Shown here one piece after another: positions 22,682-32,151 of a DNA stretch of 64,000 nt. The translations under genes were made by a program, and so were the position numbers. Origin of the DNA: an uncultured Spirochaetota bacterium. GTDB lineage: Bacteria > Spirochaetota > Spirochaetia > SZUA-6 > Fen-1364. The notes beneath the pieces are model-generated. The model did no database searches. It saw only the letters and a list, made by a program, of their open reading frames with translations, and was not told the origin of the DNA. Position 1 is the stretch's first letter; every line of letters starts with the position of its first letter. Where the stretch lies: the NCBI GenBank assembly GCA_963734545.1, contig CAVTHO010000008.1:64001-128000 (forward strand). The letters run 5' to 3'.

Positions 22682-25197
22682 ATGCGCGAATCATTCAAAG
22701 AGCTCCTGAAGAGACCGCTCGTCAGATACCTGTCCGGAGTGGTCGCTGTCGGGCTGGCATTCCTCCTGCAGAGAAGCCCTGTCCCTCTGGACAGGTCCCG
22801 ATTTTCCGGAATACCTCGTCTTCTACCCCACCGTCATGATCATCGCCCTGCTGGCAGGCTTCTGGCCGGCGCTGTGCGCCATCGCGGCAGCGGCCGCCAT
22901 GATCGCCGGCTACTGGATCCTCCCCTGGCATGCTTCTCTCTCCGCCCCGAGGATCTCCAATTTCATCGGGCTCGGCCTCTTTGTCGTCGTCTGCGCGTTC
23001 CTCAGCGTGGTCGCCGAGCTCTACCGCCGCAGCCGGCAAAAGGCCGCCGCATACGACAAAGAGCAGGCATTGAGAGAGAGCCAGGAAGCGCTGCGCCGGC
23101 AGGCGGAGCTGCTGAAGCTCTCTTTCGACGCGATCATCGTCTGGCGGACGGACGGGCGCATCGAAAGCTGGAATCGCGGAGCGGAGGAGCTGTACGGCTT
23201 CTCGGAGAGCGAGGCGAGTGGGCAGCGTGGTGCACGAGCTCCTCGATACGCCGGACACGGCAGCGAAGCTGGATTTCGAGGGCCTGGTGCGCGCGGGGGA
23301 CAATGGGAAGGTGAGCTTCGCCACCGCACCAAGGACGATCGCGAGGTAATCGTCTCTTCCCGCCTGCAGATCGGCCGCGGCTTCGACGGCGGAGAGCGCG
23401 TCCTGGAGATCGACCGCGATATCACCGACCGCATACGGGCCCGGGAAGATCTTCAGAGAGCGCACGACGAGCTCGAGGAAAAGGTCCTGCAGCGAACCTC
23501 CGATCTGCAGAGGGCCAACCGGATGCTGCGGATGGTCAGCGCATGCGACCAGGCACTGGTGGAAATCTCCGATGAGCTCGAGCTGATGCACGTCATCTGC
23601 CAGATCATACAGGACGAGGGCGGCTACCGACTGGTGTGGGTGGGACTGGCGGAGGATGACGGCGCGCGGTGCATCCGGTGCGTGGCCTCAGCGGGGGACC
23701 ACGACGGCTTTCTGGAAAGCCTCCGCCTGACCGGAGAACGGCGGCTCGATCAGCCCCGGGTCGATCGGCAGCGCGATTGAAACAGGCCTGCCCGTCATCA
23801 GCGGCGATATCTCGCTTCTCCCGGAGAGCGAGCCGTGGCGGGACGACGCTTTGAGAAGAGGGTTCCGCTCCATGGCGTCTCTGCCCCTGATGAGCGTTCC
23901 GAAACCCGCCTTCGGCGCGCTCGTGATCTATTCCGACCAGCAGGGGGGGTTCGAACCGAATCAGGTCAACCTCCTGAAGGAGCTCGTCGACGATCTCGCC
24001 TTCGGTCTTACCTCCCTTCGTGCCCGGGCGGAACGCGACCAGGCCCGGCAGAACCTCGAGACAAAGGCCTCCCAGCTTCAGATTCTCGCCGGGGAGCTGG
24101 TCCGGACGGAGCAGCGGGAACGGAGAAGGATCGCGCAGCTCCTGCACGACCAGCTCCAGCAGCTGCTCGCCGCGGCGCTCTACGGCCTGGTGAGCCTCCG
24201 CCCGGCGCAGAAAACTCCGAAGTTTCAGGATGATTTGACGAAGATCAGCGACCTGCTGCGGGAATGCATCGAGATGTCCCGGTCACTCACGTCGGAGCTC
24301 AGCCATCCGGCCCTCTCGGAGCCCGACCTGCGCGCGGCGCTCGAATGGCTGGCGGCATGGATGAAGGAAAAGCACGGCCTGGAGGTGGAGGTGGAAGCGG
24401 CGCAGGCCGTTTCAGTGGAGGCCGAGGAAACGCGCATCATGCTCGTCCAGGCGGTCCGCGAGCTGCTCTTCAACGTGGCGAAGCATTCCGGCGTCACGCG
24501 CGCCCGGGTGCGGCTGACCGTGTCCGAGGATGATCGCGTGCTCATCACGGTCAGCGATGAAGGGGTGGGCTTCGACGCAGCCAGCATTCGGCCGATCGGC
24601 AGCGCCACGAGCGGCATCGGGCTCTTCAGTATTCGCGAGAGACTGGCGCTTGCGGGCGGAGGCATGGAAATGGACAGCTCTCCGGGCACGGGCAGCCGAT
24701 TCACCGTGTGGGTGCCTTCCCCGCAGCCGGTTCCCGTCGAGGAAGATACAACGCCGCAGAGCGCGATAAAGGCCCGCCCGCCACGGGCAGGCGCCAGAGG
24801 CGGGCATGCATCTGGAAAGATCAGGGTCGTGCTGGTGGACGACCACGCGGTGGTGAGAAACGGCCTTGCGCTGCAGCTCAACGCGCAGCCGGATATCGAA
24901 ATTGCCGGCGAGGCGGCCGACGGCAAATCCGCCATCAGGATCGTGCGCCGCATCCGACCGGACGTCGTGACAATGGACGTCAGCATGCCGGGAATGGGCG
25001 GCATCGAGGCGGCGCGTGTGATCCACGCGGAGTTCCCCGACATGAGCATCATCGGGTTGTCCATGTTCGAGGAGGCCAAGCAGGCCGCGGCGATGCGCGA
25101 AGCAGGGGCGGTGGGCTACCTTTCCAAGAGCGCGTCATTCGACAGCCTGCTCGACGCAATCCGCTCGTGCGCACGGAAGACGCAGGAAAAGGCCTGA
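22682..25197 (+). CDS. Hybrid sensor kinase (membrane domain-PAS-GAF-HisKA_3-HATPase-REC), frameshifted in its 5' half
   Basis: WNRGAEELYG PAS; ERRRIAQLLHD; NVAKHSG, DEGVGF, GIGL, GTGS; VLVDDH..DVSMPGMGG receiver. Confidence 0.85.
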
Positions 25198-25199
25198 CG

Positions 25200-25832
25200 A
25201 TGCTGCATGTCATCCTGTGTGACGATCATCCCATCTTCCGGGAAGGCTTGAAGAAGATCCTCCTCCCTCATTCCGACATCAAGGTGGACGCGGAGGCCGG
25301 AAGCGGCGCCGAGCTCATGCAGAAGATCGAGGGCAGGCGCTTCGACGTTCTCATCCTGGACATCAGCCTGAAGGACATGAACGGCCTCGACGTGGTGAAG
25401 GCGCTCCAGGCGTCGGGCAACAGGACCGCGATCCTCATCCTGAGCATGCACCCGGAAGAGCACTATGCGCTCCGGGCGCTCAAGGCAGGTGCGGCGGGAT
25501 ACCTGCAGAAAGAGAGCGTGCCGGAAGAGCTGGTCAACGCGATCCGCAAGATTGCCAAAGGCGGAAAGTACGTGACTCCCTCATTGGCCGAACGACTCGC
25601 GTACCAGCTCGAGCCGAACACCGAAAAGGCGCCGCACGAGCTCTTGTCGGACCGGGAATACCAGGTGCTGTGTCTCCTGGCAGCAGGGAGAGGCGTGAAG
25701 GAAATCGCCGCGGAGCTCGCCCTGAGCCCTCCCACCGTTGCGACCTACCGTTCACGCATCCTGACCAAGCTCAATCTTTCCACCACGGTCGATCTTGTCC
25801 GCTACGCGCTCAGGTACGGACTCGTACAGTAG
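25200..25832 (+). CDS. NarL/LuxR family response regulator
   Basis: ILCDDHPIFREG, LDISL, LSDREYQVL, LSPPTVATYR. Confidence 0.92.
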   Translation: MLHVILCDDHPIFREGLKKILLPHSDIKVDAEAGSGAELMQKIEGRRFDVLILDISLKDMNGLDVVKALQASGNRTAILILSMHPEEHYALRALKAGAAGYLQKESVPEELVNAIRKIAKGGKYVTPSLAERLAYQLEPNTEKAPHELLSDREYQVLCLLAAGRGVKEIAAELALSPPTVATYRSRILTKLNLSTTVDLVRYALRYGLVQ

Positions 25833-25843
25833 CCTTCCCCGGC

Positions 25844-26650
25844 CTAAGAGATGAGTCGATCCAGGCTCGACAGGCGGTCGACAATGGCGTCAGGCCGAGC
25901 ACGGGCGCCGTCGATCGGGCGCTGCATCCGCCCGTCTCCCGCCGCGAGAACCGTCATAAAGCCGGCGCGTCGCGCTGCTGCCACGTCGTTGAGGGGATCA
26001 TTACCGACCATGACGGCTTCTTGCGCGGGGATCCCGAGTCTGCCCAAACGCCTCTTTGCCAGCTCGTAAAGCTCGGGGCCGGGCTTCCCCGCGCGATGCC
26101 GGTAGGAATAGAGACAGAGCGATGGATGGAATCCCAGTTCCTCGAGCGTGCATGCAAAAAAGGCCTGAAAGAAAAGCGGCGTGTAGAACTGGGCGTTCGA
26201 CACGAGGCCGAGCCGTACCCCGCGACCGGCAATGGCGGCAATCACCCCTCGGCAGCCGGGCATTGGCCAGCACGAATGCGCGGCAAGCTCGTAGCCGACT
26301 GCAAGACGGCGCAGCTCTCCATCGGAACGGCCGGGGAATAGTCCACCCCAGATTCGTTCGATCCGCACCTCCGGAAAGGCAATGCCGCGCGCCCGCAACT
26401 GCTCGTGTCGCGCGGCCACCGCCCGCCCAAGGCTGTCCGATAGCTGCGCGGGAGTGAGGTGAAGGCCGTTCCTGCGGATGAAGGCCTCTATGGCCCGGTC
26501 GGCTCGCGGCACCTGCAGAAAGAGGGTGCCATAGACGTCGAAGAGAACGGCCCGCGGCTCCCGAGGCAGGGATCCCGAGCAGGGAATACCTGGGGGAACG
26601 AACCTGAGACGGCGCGAGTTTTTCCTGATGAGACCGACGAGGGGATCCAA
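25844..26650 (-). CDS. HAD-superfamily hydrolase/phosphatase
   Basis: FDVYGTL, VSNAQFYT, GKP, VGNDPLND. Confidence 0.85.
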   Translation of the reverse strand: MDPLVGLIRKNSRRLRFVPPGIPCSGSLPREPRAVLFDVYGTLFLQVPRADRAIEAFIRRNGLHLTPAQLSDSLGRAVAARHEQLRARGIAFPEVRIERIWGGLFPGRSDGELRRLAVGYELAAHSCWPMPGCRGVIAAIAGRGVRLGLVSNAQFYTPLFFQAFFACTLEELGFHPSLCLYSYRHRAGKPGPELYELAKRRLGRLGIPAQEAVMVGNDPLNDVAAARRAGFMTVLAAGDGRMQRPIDGARARPDAIVDRLSSLDRLIS

Positions 26651-26657
26651 CGCCGCC

Positions 26658-28070
26658 TCAGCGGAATGCGATCATCCTGAATCGCTCAGGCCTGAGGAAC
26701 TGGTCCAGAAGCTCCTTCTTATCCACCCTCTGCCGCACGAGCCGGTTCATGCAACCGTGATAGCACTCCAGGAGCGTCTGCGCATATCGCCGGGGGCCGA
26801 ACTCCGCTTCTATCACCAAGCGGTTGTATTCGAGAAGGGATGGATCCGTTTCCGCGAGGGAACCTCGAATCCGATCCAGCTCCTGATTGCTCGCAAGAAG
26901 CTCGCGCGCGAATCCCGCGTCGGTCAGCACGGTGTCCAGCACCTCGCGTTGAGACTGCTCGTCAAGCGCGGCGAAATCCATACGACCGCCGTGTGTCATT
27001 GCGTCCCATGCACCTCCTATCGCCGAATCCGTCGGCTCTCGATTGAACGAGCGGAATGCCGCGCGCAGACCATCGCGCCATCGCTCGCGGAAAGAAGGAG
27101 CATCAAAGCACTCGAGGGGAACGGAAAGGGAGAGATACAGATAGGGCAGGCGGATCCCCGCACTCTCAAAATCGTGGCAAACGTGCTCCAGCCTCCGCCC
27201 CGCGGTAGGGAGACCTGCAGTCCAGGGTTCCAGGAACGCGAACCCGAAGCCTTCGTTGACGCTGGTGCTGATGGCGGCGTCGGATTCTCCCATCAAGTCT
27301 TCCAACGTGCTGTGGATACCCTGATCGAACCGGACCGGAAGCTCGCGCCTTGTCGCGTACCGCCTCCAATCGTCGTATCGCATGAGATCGTCCGGGTTGC
27401 GGGGGGGGAGCGTCACGGTGAGGTCCGCCTCGAAAAGCGCTCCCAGCAGGAGCGCTTCGCCTACGTTTTTCCGCCGAATGCCCCGTACCGGATAAAGAAG
27501 AGAGAGGCGGCTTTTTCCGCCCCGGCGAGCGGGGATCTGGGGAAGGGACCGGACCGTGTTGAATATCAAGTGCACCGCGTCGGGGCGCAAACCTGCGGCT
27601 ACCAGCGCGTCTCGATCGCGGGAATTGATGGCCACATAGTGGCAATCGGCCGGATACTCTTCTACTGCGTAGTAGGCTGACGGCCTGCCGTCCTCAGCCA
27701 GATCGTGAATCTGGGGGAGGAGCTGGATCCCCATTTCCTGCAAATGGCGAAGGATCGCCGGAAGCTGGGAGTTCTTGTTCAATGTAGGGTTGTGGACGTG
27801 GAGCACGTCCGCCAGTCGGCCCCACGTGCGCAACATTTCTTTCGCCACTTCCTCAGCGATACTCTTTGGGGGCTGCCCGGATACGGGCGCATACCCGAGT
27901 CCCGGAACCACTGAAATGGATGCGGGAAAATCCTCGCGCTGCGTTTCGGAGGCCGGCTCCCCCGTGAGCACGATTGATTGTACGCTGCGCCCGAGCGCCT
28001 CGGCTTGAGCACGGATGACGGAGGTGACGCCGCCGGCACGCAAGTGATAGTGCATAAAAGCAATGCGCAT
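26658..28070 (-). CDS. Glycosyltransferase family 4-like protein
   Basis: HYHLRAGGVTSVI, YPVRGIRRKN, EGFGFAFLEPW. Confidence 0.85.
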   Translation of the reverse strand: MRIAFMHYHLRAGGVTSVIRAQAEALGRSVQSIVLTGEPASETQREDFPASISVVPGLGYAPVSGQPPKSIAEEVAKEMLRTWGRLADVLHVHNPTLNKNSQLPAILRHLQEMGIQLLPQIHDLAEDGRPSAYYAVEEYPADCHYVAINSRDRDALVAAGLRPDAVHLIFNTVRSLPQIPARRGGKSRLSLLYPVRGIRRKNVGEALLLGALFEADLTVTLPPRNPDDLMRYDDWRRYATRRELPVRFDQGIHSTLEDLMGESDAAISTSVNEGFGFAFLEPWTAGLPTAGRRLEHVCHDFESAGIRLPYLYLSLSVPLECFDAPSFRERWRDGLRAAFRSFNREPTDSAIGGAWDAMTHGGRMDFAALDEQSQREVLDTVLTDAGFARELLASNQELDRIRGSLAETDPSLLEYNRLVIEAEFGPRRYAQTLLECYHGCMNRLVRQRVDKKELLDQFLRPERFRMIAFR

Positions 28071-28214
28071 GACGCTCCTATCGTAGCGGCAAGCAGCTTT
28101 CGGTTCCAGAGGGTGGGTACGGCGCGTGCGCCGCAGGAGGGATGCCGGGTCGACTGCGTCCACACGCCCGCGGCCCCCCGCCCTTGTTGCAGCGACGGCA
28201 GCGAATCTGCTTGA

Positions 28215-29933
28215 ATGAGTGCGATGGGATTCTCCCTCTCCTCCCTCCGGCGGATACCGGAAAATACGCGCGGGATCCTCAACTCCGTTCTTTACGCCGT
28301 CGCCGCTGCGGGATCGGCGGTCGCATTCCTGTGGCTGACCAACATCCTGTTTCGGGCGACGATCGAACGCCTGGCATCAGGATCACTGCTCGTCTTCGTG
28401 CTAGGAAGCCTTGGCGTCATCAGCAGCACGTCGATCATCGCGGGCCTCCTCATGACCCGGGTCAGTCCGGAATCCGCCGGAAGCGGCGTACCTCAGCTCA
28501 AGGCTGCTTACTGGAAGGACCTGGGGTTCGTCAGGCTGCGCTCCGTCATCGTGAAATTCGCAGGTGGAGTGCTTACTCTGGGAGGAGGCACGAGCCTCGG
28601 CCGTGAAGGCCCGTCGGTGTACGTAGGTGGAGGCGTGGCATCGAGCCTCTCCGCGGTGATCGGGGTTCCGAAGACCGGCCGCCGATCCGCTTCCGCAACA
28701 GGCGCCGCTGCCGCTCTTGCGGCGGCTTTCAACACGCCGCTGGCCGCCATCACGTTCGTGCTGGAGGAGATGCTCAACAATGAGTTCGGCAGCCGGGTGC
28801 TTGGCAGCGTGGTTCTTGCAGCCGTAACGGGTGCCCTGGTCGTGCAGGCATTCCTCGGCCGGCAGCCGGCGTTCTCCCTGCCCGCCGTGGAAGGCGTGAC
28901 GTGGCTGATGTACCTGATCCTGCCGATTGTCGCGACGGTTGCGTCGCTGATCGGCGTGGCGTTCCAGAGGCTGACCCTGATCCTGCGCGCCCGGGTGCGG
29001 GACCGCAGCCCGCTGCCTGCATGGCTTCGTCCCCTCTGTGGAGCGCTGGTGACATGGGCTCTTGGCTGCGCGGTCTACGTCGTCACCGGGCATACCGGAG
29101 TATTCGGGCTGGGGTACAATGACCTGTCCCTTGCCCTCACCGGCAACCTGCTCTGGCAGGCCGCCGGGCTCCTTGTCGTGGCCAAGTTCGCGGCCACCGT
29201 TGCATCGTATGCCTGGGGAGGCTGCGGGGGAATATTCTCCCCTACCCTGTTTCTCGGGGGACTGACAGGTTTGTTCCTCGCCGGGGTCGCGGGTATCTGG
29301 ATCCCGCTCACGGCCGCAGACAGGATCGTCCTGGCGGCCGTCGGCATGAGCGCGTGCTTCAACGCGGTCGTACGCGCGCCCCTTACGGCGCTTCTGATCG
29401 TCTTCGAGATGACTCACCAGTTCTCCATGGTCCCCGCGCTCATGTTCTGCTCCATCGTCAGCCAGGCAATTGCCCGGATCGGCGGCCGTCACAACTTCTA
29501 CGACGCTCTTCTCCTGCAGGATGGCCATGAGCTCATCCGCATCAAGCCGCCGCGTGACCTCGAGAGTTGGCAAAAGCTCCCCGTGTCCGAGATTGCGCAC
29601 ACGCGCCCCGTCATTCTCCCCAACCTGGAACGCCCTACTATCCAGACCTTCCTGGAATCCTACCCTTACGCCCGGTTCCCTGTTGTCACGAAAGGCGCGA
29701 TCGACGGAATCGCAAGCCGTCAGGATCTGAAATCCGCCCTTGCGTCGAATGCGGTCCCGCGGCTGACAACCCCGGTGCTGTGCGCTCCGCACATGAGCGT
29801 TCGCGAAGTCGGGACCCTCCTGATGGAAAGCGCATCGGGAATGGTCCTGATACGGGGGGATTCGACAGGAGATATCGAGTCGGTCGTGACCCTGCATGAC
29901 CTGCTCCGCGCCCAAGCGGCACTCTCAGAGTAG
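28215..29933 (+). CDS. ClC chloride/proton antiporter with CBS domains (copy 1)
   Basis: GSGVP, GREGP, AFNTPLAAITFVLEE, GGIFSP. Confidence 0.93.
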   Translation: MSAMGFSLSSLRRIPENTRGILNSVLYAVAAAGSAVAFLWLTNILFRATIERLASGSLLVFVLGSLGVISSTSIIAGLLMTRVSPESAGSGVPQLKAAYWKDLGFVRLRSVIVKFAGGVLTLGGGTSLGREGPSVYVGGGVASSLSAVIGVPKTGRRSASATGAAAALAAAFNTPLAAITFVLEEMLNNEFGSRVLGSVVLAAVTGALVVQAFLGRQPAFSLPAVEGVTWLMYLILPIVATVASLIGVAFQRLTLILRARVRDRSPLPAWLRPLCGALVTWALGCAVYVVTGHTGVFGLGYNDLSLALTGNLLWQAAGLLVVAKFAATVASYAWGGCGGIFSPTLFLGGLTGLFLAGVAGIWIPLTAADRIVLAAVGMSACFNAVVRAPLTALLIVFEMTHQFSMVPALMFCSIVSQAIARIGGRHNFYDALLLQDGHELIRIKPPRDLESWQKLPVSEIAHTRPVILPNLERPTIQTFLESYPYARFPVVTKGAIDGIASRQDLKSALASNAVPRLTTPVLCAPHMSVREVGTLLMESASGMVLIRGDSTGDIESVVTLHDLLRAQAALSE

Positions 29934-29947
29934 AGACACCGCCGGCT

Positions 29948-29976
29948 TTGACAACCATGGTGACGGGAGCTATGAT
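29948..29976 (+). promoter_or_regulatory. Near-consensus sigma70 promoter
   Basis: TTGACA-17 nt-TATGAT, then GGAGG RBS before ATG 30015. Confidence 0.7.
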
Positions 29977-30014
29977 CGGCTTCGGCCCGAGGACGGATCC
30001 GAGGGAGGCGCCAG

Positions 30015-30467
30015 ATGCAGAGGATCAAGGTTGCCAACGGCATATGGTGGGTGAGCATTCCTGAAGAGGGTCTGTCAGTCCTCTGCGGATGCCCTGCCGA
30101 CAGCGTCAAACATCTGATCAAGCGCGGTCTCATTTCCACCGTGGAGCACGAAGAAAAAACCTTCGAAACCGGCCCCAACGCCGTCCTCCTCTCGGATGTT
30201 GCGGTGCAGAACGGGGAGTTCGCAAATCTTGCGGAGTTTTCTCAATATCTTGATGTCGTCGACCTCGGCCTGGATGCCTGGAACGATGTCGATGGCCTGG
30301 AAGTGAAGCCTGCTCTCTCGGCTCACCCGATGTGCTTCTCACAAGGCGGAAGTTGTTCGAGGCACGCGCCCTGGCGGACGCGCTTGTTCTCCAGGTCCCA
30401 CATGACGTGCTGCGCGATATCCCGATTGTACAATGGAAACTGCTGGAGACGCTGGAAAGGCGGCTGA
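30015..30467 (+). pseudogene. Internally deleted relic of a large MBL-fold/cNMP-binding type protein
   Basis: N-terminal LCGCPADSVKHL..ETGPNAVLLSD..NLAEF is joined directly to a distal-looking GLEVKP..SAHP segment, then unrelated sequence. Confidence 0.55.
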
Positions 30468-30523
30468 TGACTGCGGCGAAAAAAGGCCCCCGATAGAACC
30501 CCGAGGTCAAGAGGAGAACGATT

Positions 30524-31696
30524 ATGCGCAAGGGACTGTTCGGGAGGAAGAACAAAGATACGGCCGGGGACCCGGACACGGGGCAGACGAATCCACCCAA
30601 GGAGCGCACGGCGCCCGTTGAGGAGAAGAAGCCTGGTCCGCAGCCGGGCCCCGGCAGGAGAACCGATTCCTGGGAGTTGGCAAGACTTATCAACCCTGCG
30701 TCATGGCTGGCCATGCGGGAGAGCTTTGTCAAGAGGCGCGAAAAGGAGAAGCAGGATCTCGACGTCTATCGGGTACTCTCAGACGGGGCGCGGCCGAGCG
30801 CGGAGTACTACGTGCTGATCGTGCTCTCCTGCCTCATTGCAACGATGGGGCTCATCCAGGGGTCGGTTGCCGTCATCATCGGCGCAATGATAATTGCTCC
30901 GCTCATGACGCCGATTCTCGGCTTCTCGCTCGGCGTCATCTGGGGAGATCTCCGGCTCCTGAGGATCGCCCTCTCGTCTCTGGTCAAGGGAGTTCTCCTC
31001 GCGGTCGTGATATCCGGGCTTCTTGCATTTGCAGTTCCGATCTCCCACTTCTCAGGGGAGATCTCTTCCCGCGCAAATCCGTCCCTGTTTGATATTATCG
31101 TCGCCCTCGGGTCAGGGGCCCTCGCGGCATATGGCTACGCGAACAAGAAGGTCAGCAGCGCGCTCACGGGCATCGCCATTGCCGTGGCGCTCATGCCCCC
31201 ACTGTGCACCGTGGGCATCGGCCTCGGCAAGCTCGACCCGCGCATCGCCTCGGGCGCAGCGGTGCTCTTCGCAATCAATCTTGTCTCCATTTCCCTTGCC
31301 GCGGCGGTCGTCTTCTGGCTCATGAAGATTCACCCCCTGTCGGAGGACAGGGCGGTCGTCAAGCGTCGCGCGTTGTGGCAGATCGCCCTGTCGGTCGTGC
31401 TGCTGAGCGTCATTACGATTCCAGTGGTCCTTTATATGCGTACGGGATATGCGCTGGAACACGCCCAGAGTGACGCACGCCGCCTGATCGCGGAGACCAT
31501 TCCGGGCAGCTCGGTGCTTTCGGCGGAAGCCCTGCACACGGGAGGCGGAAACGCCCTCCACCTGACGATCGCCGCGGAGAGGGAGGTCGCGAAGGATGAG
31601 ATTCGCCTGCTTGCATCCGATATCGAACGCCGCAATCCCGTCCTCATGCGGGCGGAAATCACCGTCATAAAGGCAACCGAGTACACCACCCAGTAG
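30524..31696 (+). CDS. TIGR00341/DUF389 family membrane protein
   Basis: IIGAMIIAPLMTPI, GIAIAVALMPPLC, FAINL. Confidence 0.88.
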   Translation: MRKGLFGRKNKDTAGDPDTGQTNPPKERTAPVEEKKPGPQPGPGRRTDSWELARLINPASWLAMRESFVKRREKEKQDLDVYRVLSDGARPSAEYYVLIVLSCLIATMGLIQGSVAVIIGAMIIAPLMTPILGFSLGVIWGDLRLLRIALSSLVKGVLLAVVISGLLAFAVPISHFSGEISSRANPSLFDIIVALGSGALAAYGYANKKVSSALTGIAIAVALMPPLCTVGIGLGKLDPRIASGAAVLFAINLVSISLAAAVVFWLMKIHPLSEDRAVVKRRALWQIALSVVLLSVITIPVVLYMRTGYALEHAQSDARRLIAETIPGSSVLSAEALHTGGGNALHLTIAAEREVAKDEIRLLASDIERRNPVLMRAEITVIKATEYTTQ

Positions 31697-31733
31697 CATG
31701 ACCAGATAGTGAGCATTGTCCCGGAGAAGGCCG

Positions 31734-31758
31734 CTCTCCCGCCAATTCGGCGGGAGAG
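31734..31758. terminator. Hairpin between convergent units
   Basis: CTCTCCCGCC / GGCGGGAGAG perfect 10-bp stem. Confidence 0.55.
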
Positions 31759-31848
31759 ACTGCTCTTTGGCAGCGAGGCGTCTTTTTTTTCGATGAAAGC
31801 AGCAGGGTTTCGTATGCATCCGGTGAGGGGACTGAAAAACTCTCCTCG

Positions 31849-32151
31849 ATCCCCCTGTTCAAGAAGCGGGAGCAGGTCACTTATTACCGAATCAACAGGA
31901 GGGCCGGCGCGAACGAGCAGCATGACTGCGCGCGGCGGGCGGAGCAGGCCGATGAACCCCTTGATATCAGCCATACCTGTCACATCACGTTCCCTGGATT
32001 CCTGGCGCAATGCCTCCACCTTGGCCGCGTCCTTGTCATACCCTGCCACCGAGAAGCCATGGTCGGCCATGTTCAGCAGGAGATTGCGTCCCATGACGCC
32101 CCGGCCCACGATGCCGACGGCATACTGACGGTGCCGTTGCGTACCGGTCAT
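31849..32151 (-). pseudogene. gnd: Truncated 6-phosphogluconate dehydrogenase (about 100 N-terminal codons)
   Basis: VGIVGRGVMGRNLLLNMADHGFSVAGYD..PRAVMLLV.AG.PVDSVI..LEQGD, after which homology stops. Confidence 0.85.
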